Origin: a virus
Reading direction: 5' to 3' (one strand)
DNA: 64,000 nucleotides
Virus record (IMG/VR): IMGVR_UViG_3300031551_000001
Location: 1-64,000 of that record
In this document: positions 11,320 through 18,019 of the stretch, one piece after another
Layout of the letters: each line of letters opens with the position of its first letter
Numbering within the stretch: the stretch's first letter is position 1
Made by a program: the position numbers and the translations under genes
Notes under the pieces: generated by a model
Seen by the model: only the letters and a program-made list of their open reading frames with translations
The model's database searches: none
Told to the model about the DNA's origin: nothing

Positions 11320-11347
11320 TAGTCTGATAACTTGTATTATGTTAAAT
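11320..11347 (+). other. dif-like XerC/XerD recombination site
   Basis: TAGTCTGATAA-CTTGTA-TTATGTTAAAT: 11-6-11 layout, XerD arm identical to E. coli dif. Confidence 0.85.
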
Positions 11348-11436
11348 AGACCAGCTCAAAACACACCCAACACAGGACCACCAACACCATACAGCACATT
11401 ATATCAAAACAAAGCCTCACACAGTTTTACCCCTCA

Positions 11437-11482
11437 AGTGATACCTCTATACCACTCACCTTGAGATCGTGCGTCAGCGGTC
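11437..11482. repeat. ATCGTG-family element (candidate strong gyrase site)
   Basis: Shares TATACCACTCA and ATCGTG with 3436-3503 and spacing with 10121-10166. Confidence 0.45.
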
Positions 11483-11800
11483 TCATAACAGCCATATTCA
11501 CTATTAATTTTGATAGGTCTGTTGCCTTTGATTAGGACAGCATAATAAGGATGAAATGTTATGATCCTGTGTGACCTTTTGGTGTATTATGATGTTTGCG
11601 GTTATGCAGATCTCATTAATGTACCTGGGTGTGCGAATGTGCCGGATCGACGGGGGGTGGTTAGCAAAATTGGGCTTTCCCGGTGGGGTGATACCCCCGT
11701 ATAATTACATATTATTTGGAAGCTCTACCCCTCCCACCAATACTCCATCACTTAGACCACCAATTCCCCTCCTTCCCCACCCTTTTCTTTGTACACATTT

Positions 11801-11824
11801 GAGTTATTAATACAAAGTAGTTAG
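11801..11824 (-). repeat. dispersed 24-bp gene-end site, copy B (CTAACTACTTTGTATTAATAACTC)
   Basis: 17 nt after the stop of ORF 11842..12123. Confidence 0.7.
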
Positions 11825-11841
11825 CGTCATTTACTAACGCA

Positions 11842-12123
11842 CTATTTAAACCGAAAATGTTTATTCCAAATTTCCTCATCCATATCATCATTCCATCCTT
11901 GTATTGATTTTTCGTGCCTAAATTCAGCTTCCTCGTCTCCAATTTCATAAGGCAGTACATTTCTACGCTCTTCAAATTCTAAATCTTCCTGATCACATCC
12001 GAAGCATAAATCATTTTCTTTGGACAGGTATTTTGTTTGCACTCCACACCTAATACATTCACCTTCATATAAATGAAAATTTGGGTCAACTTTCTTTGCT
12101 TTTTGTCTTTCTTTATTTGTCAT
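11842..12123 (-). CDS. hypothetical protein with CxxC..CxxC
   Basis: Start moved to MTNKERQ, coupled to the stop of the upstream gene. Confidence 0.65.
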   Translation of the reverse strand: MTNKERQKAKKVDPNFHLYEGECIRCGVQTKYLSKENDLCFGCDQEDLEFEERRNVLPYEIGDEEAEFRHEKSIQGWNDDMDEEIWNKHFRFK

Positions 12124-12719
12124 AATAATTTCCCCCATTGATTTGCTATTGCTTCTGCAATTCCGGGGAAAGTCCTCGATCTTACTTTCCATCTATCTAG
12201 GCTTGGTGTGGCATAATATACCATTGACCATTCTTTGTATTCATCAGTTCCTTTTTCGGGAGGATTTAATTTATTCGTTGGTAAAAGTTCAGGAATACCC
12301 CTCAACCATAAACAGGTAGCTTTGAAATAAGGATCACCAAACCACCAGGGTTGGATAACTTGGTCTTGTTCGCGTGTAATTCTTTGTTTAGTATGTTTGT
12401 GCTGAATAGGATTTTCTGAATAACCGGGACGCGGATCATTTATTGTTAAATTAAATATACTAGTTGCTTCTTCTAATTCATCCCATCTTCCCTCTTTTTC
12501 ATATAACCATCTGACGCCACAATTAGCCATAACCCTGCATTCATAATGAAATCCTATAAAATCCCATGTGTCTTGTATTACTGATCTGAAATCAGCTTTA
12601 ATATGCTTTCCTGGGATTTCAGTATCTAAAAAATCACAAGACCATGCATTATGTCCTCTTTTTTTAAATTCCTCACGAATACGACCTGAAAATTCACATG
12701 CTATTAATACTTTTGCCAT
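12120..12719 (-). CDS. phage DNA cytosine methyltransferase-like protein
   Basis: VLIACEFSG..AWSCD, ENP, QPWWFGD..KATCLWL, RSRTFPGIAEAIANQWG family signature. Confidence 0.75.
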   Translation of the reverse strand: MAKVLIACEFSGRIREEFKKRGHNAWSCDFLDTEIPGKHIKADFRSVIQDTWDFIGFHYECRVMANCGVRWLYEKEGRWDELEEATSIFNLTINDPRPGYSENPIQHKHTKQRITREQDQVIQPWWFGDPYFKATCLWLRGIPELLPTNKLNPPEKGTDEYKEWSMVYYATPSLDRWKVRSRTFPGIAEAIANQWGKLL

Positions 12720-12786
12720 TATAATATTAGGTTTGTTGCTTTTTATATTGTTTTTTGTATATTATTAGAAATAGGAGTTAGTTTTA

Positions 12787-12837
12787 TTTTGCCAGTCAAA
12801 TGGAATATGTTATGAATTCTTAATGTAAAGTAGTTAG
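12787..12837 (-). repeat. dispersed gene-end site, copy C, within a 51-bp direct repeat
   Basis: 45/51 identical to 13102-13152; core CTAACTACTTTACATTAAGAATTC at 12814-12837. Confidence 0.85.
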
Positions 12838-12845
12838 GCGTAATG

Positions 12846-13070
12846 CTACGGATTACATTCTTCTTCATCTATCCAAAATGTTTTATCATCAAACTTTGCA
12901 ATCTTGGCAGTTCCTACTGTACTAAATTGGTATTCAACAGAAAATGACCTCATAGGGCAAACAACGTCAGGATCTTTACATCTAACATTTTCTTGGTAAA
13001 AATCCCAAACCCTTTCTATTTGTTTATCTGTCATTTTCATTTCCTGTATAAAATATTCTTTATTTGTCAT
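12846..13070 (-). CDS. hypothetical protein (cassette-like)
   Basis: 74-aa ORF between repeat copies D and C. Confidence 0.7.
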   Translation of the reverse strand: MTNKEYFIQEMKMTDKQIERVWDFYQENVRCKDPDVVCPMRSFSVEYQFSTVGTAKIAKFDDKTFWIDEEECNP

Positions 13071-13101
13071 AATTATATTCTATTTATATTGTTCTTTTTT
13101 G

Positions 13102-13152
13102 TTTTGCTTGTCAAGTGGGATATGTTATGAATTGTTTATGTAAAGTAGTTAG
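13102..13152 (-). repeat. dispersed gene-end site, copy D, within a 51-bp direct repeat
   Basis: Core CTAACTACTTTACATAAACAATTC at 13129-13152 overlaps the last codons of ORF 13136..13507. Confidence 0.85.
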
Positions 13153-13507
13153 TTATATTATCTATTTTACTAATTATATGTAGTTCTCTATCTTTTAATT
13201 TCTTTTCATCAAAAAATCTAATTGCTTTTCTGAATGCTTTTCGTTCTGTGTCCTCATCAATGATTAGAATTTCATTTGTATCAACATCCTGTATTGTGAA
13301 CCGATAACGTTTGCTAAAATCAAATATAGCATAATTTGAGGGTTTTGAGATAAATTCTTTCCCGCGCTCTACTTCTATTATGGCAATTATTTCAATGCTT
13401 TCATTTTTTTCGTTTTGCCAAAAATTATCTTCTGCCCCTCCTGGGGTTATAGCCTGTATTATTTTACTATATTTTGTTGTAAATACTTCATAAGTTTTAG
13501 CCATCAC
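13136..13507 (-). CDS. hypothetical protein (cassette-like)
   Basis: 123-aa ORF. Confidence 0.7.
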   Translation of the reverse strand: MMAKTYEVFTTKYSKIIQAITPGGAEDNFWQNEKNESIEIIAIIEVERGKEFISKPSNYAIFDFSKRYRFTIQDVDTNEILIIDEDTERKAFRKAIRFFDEKKLKDRELHIISKIDNITNYFT

Positions 13508-13904
13508 ACAATATTTTAAGTTATATAATCAATGTAAAATGCTTTTTCCTAAATATGCCTTAAATGTAAAATATATTTTACTTTATTTGCTTTTTGTCTT
13601 TTTTCGTATATGCACAATAGCGTTATATATGTTATCGTGCAAATTAGCGTTATTATATTGATGTTCAATATATCAGGAATAAAGCATATTTCAGAATATA
13701 TCATAAAAAGTGCATATTTCTAATTCATTACAAATGGATGATAAATTCTCTCCCCCTTACAAACAGATGACTTACAAACACAATTGTATTTTTCACAATG
13801 CATACAATTGTCTTCTCCCCGAACAGCAACACCATTTCTCACACATTCCTTATATTGATCTCTGAACGATTTATACATAAATATTCAAATTTTTCTCTAT
13901 TCAA

Positions 13905-14192
13905 TCAAGCAATTTCCATTAATTTATTTAAAATACAATCAGCTTGAGTATTTAACTCACGAATACGATCAAGTAAAATGGAAAGACGATCTTTAAAGAA
14001 GTTTGGTTCTTGTTTTTTCTCCGTGTCTTCGTTAAGCTTGTTCCAGCTTTGCCTTTCACCACTAATTCTAAAAATTCTGTTTTCTATAGAATCATTTTTT
14101 GCTTTTATTTCATCCAATAATGAATTGCTTGTTGTTAAGAATTCATTCAAAATAGTTTTTCTTTTTGCTTCGCTTTCTGATATTGTTGCCAT
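13905..14192 (-). CDS. small coiled-coil hypothetical protein
   Basis: 95 aa, own promoter box at 14216-14223. Confidence 0.7.
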   Translation of the reverse strand: MATISESEAKRKTILNEFLTTSNSLLDEIKAKNDSIENRIFRISGERQSWNKLNEDTEKKQEPNFFKDRLSILLDRIRELNTQADCILNKLMEIA

Positions 14193-14259
14193 TGTTTTAA
14201 AATTTAATTATTAAACAAATTTAAACCAAATAAACAATAAATACAAATAAAAAACAGGG

Positions 14260-14400
14260 TTATTCCCCCTGTTTCTTCAATTTTTCATACTGTTCGAATG
14301 AAATTTTGCCTCTTGCGTAGAGGCTGGTGGCTTGATCTACTCCTCTTTTGTTTCGACCGTGTTTTTTATCTCCACCTTTTTTCCTTTGTACATTTTTCAC
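14260..14400 (-). CDS. 46-aa basic peptide (MKNVQRKKGGDKKHGRNKRG...)
   Basis: Translated by hand from a GTG start; stop lies in the loop of the terminator hairpin at 14251-14274. Confidence 0.6.
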   Translation of the reverse strand: MKNVQRKKGGDKKHGRNKRGVDQATSLYARGKISFEQYEKLKKQGE

Positions 14401-14458
14401 GACATTGAATGTTGATTACTATGTCATGATTACCTCCTTTTTAAAGATTAATAAAAAA

Positions 14459-14597
14459 GTGTTCGTTATGGTTCTTTTGACGCTTTGGCGGCTCTATTTA
14501 CTAAGGCATGAAGCCTTAGCGACCATCGGAATAGACCAGAACACCCGACTGACTATTGCCAGCCTACCTCCGCATAAAACCCAGTTTTTACACGGAT
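14459..14597 (-). ncRNA. structured 5' leader or ncRNA
   Basis: Directly after promoter 14603-14610: hairpins 14570-14595 and 14547-14564, then a multibranch domain closed by GTGTTC/GAACAC (14459-14544). Confidence 0.6.
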
Positions 14598-14641
14598 CAA
14601 TACAAAGATATATATTTTTATTAAAAGCAAATAGTGATTTT

Positions 14642-14665
14642 GAATTGTTTATGTAAAGTAATTAG
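14642..14665 (-). repeat. dispersed gene-end site, copy E (CTAATTACTTTACATAAACAATTC)
   Basis: Overlaps the stop of ORF 14662..15048. Confidence 0.85.
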
Positions 14666-15048
14666 CACCCAGTGAAAAGCACATGCACAGTTTCTGTATG
14701 GCAAAATGCAGAACATCTTCCACAGGTCTTACATAAATTACCATTTGTAGCTCTTTCGTAATGATGCCATTCGCTCGGATTATCGTATTGCCAACCGCAT
14801 TTCAAATCACATACTAATATCTCTTTATTAACTATTTCAGGGTTTTTTATTTCTTCTTCATCGTTACTTGTTGATTCATAATTAGCGTTTTGCCAATCAG
14901 CCCAATTATCTCTATGTGAACATATATCACACATTCCGGCCTCGCACCCATAACACTCAGAATTAATATCATCAACGGGTGCTAACACCGTATTATAACT
15001 CATTTGGGTTTCGGTGTTGTTTTGTTTATTTGTCTCTATTTCCATCAC
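14662..15048 (-). CDS. Cys-rich hypothetical protein (cassette-like)
   Basis: 128 aa; N-terminal part reads through GTTAGCACCC, complementary to GGGTGCTAA at the gene end. Confidence 0.7.
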   Translation of the reverse strand: MMEIETNKQNNTETQMSYNTVLAPVDDINSECYGCEAGMCDICSHRDNWADWQNANYESTSNDEEEIKNPEIVNKEILVCDLKCGWQYDNPSEWHHYERATNGNLCKTCGRCSAFCHTETVHVLFTGC

Positions 15049-15084
15049 ACAATATTTTAAGTTAATTTAATATAGTTATAGTGT

Positions 15085-15348
15085 TTAAGCTGTTAAGCAA
15101 GCGCCCTGTAAAGCATACCGAATAGCATCGTGCATAGTGTTAAAATCTCCCCATGTGTTTACATCCATAAAACCACTATCTGCTATACGCACTTCAATGT
15201 CATATCTAGTTAAATTGTTGTGTTTCGGCTTGCCGTGTCCATGTTCACTTGTTATATATATATCATGCCCTTTATAAGTGGCGTGAAATGTAGTTTTGGT
15301 ATATTCATGAATCATTCGTTTTTGAATTATCGCTTCTGCTATTTTCAT
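15085..15348 (-). CDS. hypothetical protein
   Basis: 87-aa ORF. Confidence 0.7.
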   Translation of the reverse strand: MKIAEAIIQKRMIHEYTKTTFHATYKGHDIYITSEHGHGKPKHNNLTRYDIEVRIADSGFMDVNTWGDFNTMHDAIRYALQGACLTA

Positions 15349-15547
15349 TTTATTTTAAGTTAATTTAATTCTGAGTTGTTTGCAGTAAGAAAACCACAAA
15401 CCATTTTCAATCATTTAAATTATTTATAAACCAACTCAATCGAACTCCTATATATTCTAATATTCTGGAAATAAATAAAAATAAGTTAGCTATAAATTTT
15501 AACGGATATATTAATATTTTTTTCATGTTTTTAATTCTTAAAAGAAT

Positions 15548-15755
15548 GTATGCGGGCAAGATTCGAACTTGCACGTGAGTTTGACAGTCAAAACCATGTT
15601 GAAAAAACTTACACACCCATCCTCATAATAGTTCATTTTCTATTACTAACCTGTATTAGAAGATTCCTCCTCTTGGAGTATACCGACATCTCAGTCTACT
15701 TTGTGTCTTTCCACAGCCAGCGTTTAACCACTATTTGTACTTCCGCCACCGCATA
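15548..15755 (-). ncRNA. tRNA-like RNA with ~140-nt insertion in place of the anticodon/variable arms
   Basis: Acceptor TATGCGG/CCGCATA, class-II-like D arm TGGCGGAA...GGTTAAACGC, T arm GCAAG-TTCGAAT-CTTGC; promoter 15784-15791 and boxA-like GTTCTTTGA leader; no encoded CCA. Confidence 0.75.
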
Positions 15756-15861
15756 CATTCAAAGAACAACTAGATTCATTATTCAAATTTACAAAACTTT
15801 TTTAAATAAACAATAGTTTTTGTAAAAAATATTATTTATTTTTACATAAAAAATAATAATC

Positions 15862-16035
15862 ATGCCTGATGAACAGAAATTAAAACCATGCCCTTTTTGT
15901 GGCGGGACTAATCTTTACACATTAAAAGATTACAATGATAAGGAAATATGTGTTATGTGTGAAGATTGTGAGGCTGAAGGGCCTAATTGTTTTGGCCAGA
16001 AAACGGCATTAGAACTCTGGAACAAAAGGAAATGA
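15862..16035 (+). CDS. Lar-family restriction alleviation protein
   Basis: Translated by hand: LKPCPFCGG...VMCEDCEAEGP...ALELWNKR. Confidence 0.8.
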   Translation: MPDEQKLKPCPFCGGTNLYTLKDYNDKEICVMCEDCEAEGPNCFGQKTALELWNKRK

Positions 16036-16475
16036 AACGGAGATTAAACATACGAGAACTAAGAATAGGAAATTATATAAAAGATTTTGATGGGTATATA
16101 GATAAAATACAATCTATAATAAATCCAAATGAGGATAATTTACATTGGTTAAGTTTTATTGAAAACACAGACAAAAAACCGATTGTATTTTTAGATAACT
16201 TTGTCGGTCCTTTACACATAAATATGATAGATCCTGTTTTATTAAAAGAAGAATGGTTATTAAAATTTGGGTTTAATAAATTCAGGGAATATAAAATATA
16301 TAGTCGGGAAAATAATAAGTGGTGGTATCAAATCGAAAAACACCCATCCTATAAAAGCGGATATGTTTTTTTTATTGATATAAAAGGGGTTAATGCTCCA
16401 CCAAGTATTCGCATAAAATATGTTCATCAACTCCAAAATCTATATTTTTCTCTCACTGGTAGGGAATTAAGTTAA
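16032..16475 (+). CDS. conserved Bacteroidota phage protein (ELRIGN...LKEEWLLKFGF...YVHQLQNLYF)
   Basis: Family motifs; ATG overlaps the upstream stop. Confidence 0.75.
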   Translation: MKRRLNIRELRIGNYIKDFDGYIDKIQSIINPNEDNLHWLSFIENTDKKPIVFLDNFVGPLHINMIDPVLLKEEWLLKFGFNKFREYKIYSRENNKWWYQIEKHPSYKSGYVFFIDIKGVNAPPSIRIKYVHQLQNLYFSLTGRELS

Positions 16476-16600
16476 TTTATATATGAAACAACACTCTATC
16501 TTTAAACGCATTCCAAAAACAAAGAAAAACAGAAAAGGAATACACTCAAAAACAAAAACAAGCAAAAACAAACATTCTAAATTATACAAAAAACTTTATC

Positions 16601-16789
16601 ATGGACAAGGACAATAAATTCAAAACAGGAGACTTGGTAAGACTAAAGTCTGGAGGATCTATAATGACCGTTGGTGATGTAAGCGGGGAAGATATTACTT
16701 GTACTTGGTTCATACACGGAGAATGCAGAATGTGGAAATTCAAAGAAGACCAGCTTGTTGAAATTACCGAAATAACATCCAAATTCTAA
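16601..16789 (+). CDS. YodC/DUF2158-like small protein
   Basis: FKTGDLVRLKSGGSIMTV...CTWF. Confidence 0.8.
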   Translation: MDKDNKFKTGDLVRLKSGGSIMTVGDVSGEDITCTWFIHGECRMWKFKEDQLVEITEITSKF

Positions 16790-16791
16790 AC

Positions 16792-16827
16792 AAAAAAAAT
16801 CCGCATATCCTGCGGATTTTATTTTTT
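16792..16827. terminator. bidirectional intrinsic terminator
   Basis: A-run, AAAATCCGCA/TGCGGATTTT stem, T-run, between convergent genes. Confidence 0.85.
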
Positions 16828-16840
16828 ATCTTCAAAGCAA

Positions 16841-17326
16841 TTAAATTCCAGATTCGGAATAACTGTAAGAAGTAGATTCTCTCCTGTTTATTTCGTTAAT
16901 CGTGTGAGCCACGTCAAGGACAAGAATGTTAAATGCCCCTTCGTCTACCCATACTTTAGCACTTAAACCATCTGCGTTATCATAAGCCAAAACAAAAGAA
17001 TCTACATTTATGTATTCTACCCTGTTGACTATGTTTTTCATTCTGAACTTGTGGCCTCTTGTATTTACATACAGAGGAATAACCGGTTCGTTGGCTTCTT
17101 CTCTGAGTAACCATTCAAATTCTGCTACTGTATGTGCGATCTTGTACGTAGTGTGTTGTGGGTTTTCTCGTCTGTCTCTCCGTAAATCATAGGTAACTAC
17201 GGTGTAATTTGTGTCTACCGGATGTGCGTGGAAGTTACGCACGTTGTTGTTGTTAATGAGAAGTTGTTTTTCAAACTCCTGCCCGTCTCTCTCGACTACA
17301 TTAACAAGGACTAATGCTGAGTTCAT
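16841..17326 (-). CDS. hypothetical protein with internal duplication, possibly structural
   Basis: Two repeats ending IAHTVAE and VAHTINE; own promoter (17359-17366) and terminator. Confidence 0.7.
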   Translation of the reverse strand: MNSALVLVNVVERDGQEFEKQLLINNNNVRNFHAHPVDTNYTVVTYDLRRDRRENPQHTTYKIAHTVAEFEWLLREEANEPVIPLYVNTRGHKFRMKNIVNRVEYINVDSFVLAYDNADGLSAKVWVDEGAFNILVLDVAHTINEINRRESTSYSYSESGI

Positions 17327-17389
17327 ATCTTTATAGATGTTTTTGGTTAATACTTCTACAAAGATAAAAACTTAAAAATTAAGTGGTTT

Positions 17390-18019
17390 TCATATACACG
17401 AAAGAATAATTTCTTTACATAATTCAACTGGTATTCTTCCCCTATCAAGAGATGACATTTTAGCTTGAACTCCAGTTTTTGAACCACGTGGTGCTGGTGT
17501 ATGATGGCAATTTTTATTTCCGTTATGACATTCGGGTCTAGGAATCCAAGTTTTTGAATTAGTAAAAATATCTGTAGGTTTAGCTCTCGTGTCCCCATAT
17601 TGACAATACCATACTGTATATCTATTAAATTTTTGTATAAATGGCATTTTACGATACATTCCTCTTGGATTTTCTATAAAAAATACCATATTAGGATTTA
17701 TTTTTAACCATTTTTTAATTAAACTAATAAAATGGATATTAACCAAATCACATTTTTTAGCATATTCAGATTTTGGATTTATTCCGTTTCTATGCGCTCT
17801 TAAACCAGCTATAGAATATGTTGTACAATCTGGAGATGCCCATATTAAATCTGGGATAAAGGGAATATCTGATATTTTTAATTTTTCAATATCTTTTACA
17901 AGATTTATTTTTGGTAATGATTCCCAGTCTACAGAAAAAACATTCATCCCATAAGAATCTGCCACATTCCCAATTGATCTATTTCCAGCGAATAATTCAA
18001 GTATATTTTTTATTTCCAT
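17390..18019 (-). CDS. C5-cytosine DNA methyltransferase
   Basis: Motif I ILELFAG, motif IV WASPDC, motif VI FIENPRG. Confidence 0.85.
   Translation of the reverse strand: MEIKNILELFAGNRSIGNVADSYGMNVFSVDWESLPKINLVKDIEKLKISDIPFIPDLIWASPDCTTYSIAGLRAHRNGINPKSEYAKKCDLVNIHFISLIKKWLKINPNMVFFIENPRGMYRKMPFIQKFNRYTVWYCQYGDTRAKPTDIFTNSKTWIPRPECHNGNKNCHHTPAPRGSKTGVQAKMSSLDRGRIPVELCKEIILSCI

Noticed and set aside
11021-11975. ORFs 11021-11290, 11571-11810 and 11748-11975
   Set aside because: They arise from low-complexity G/C tracts or overlap better-supported features; no plausible leaders
15548-15755. Calling the tRNA-like RNA a tmRNA or a functional tRNA-His
   Set aside because: Lacks Ala identity elements and a tag-like reading frame; the anticodon stem cannot be closed
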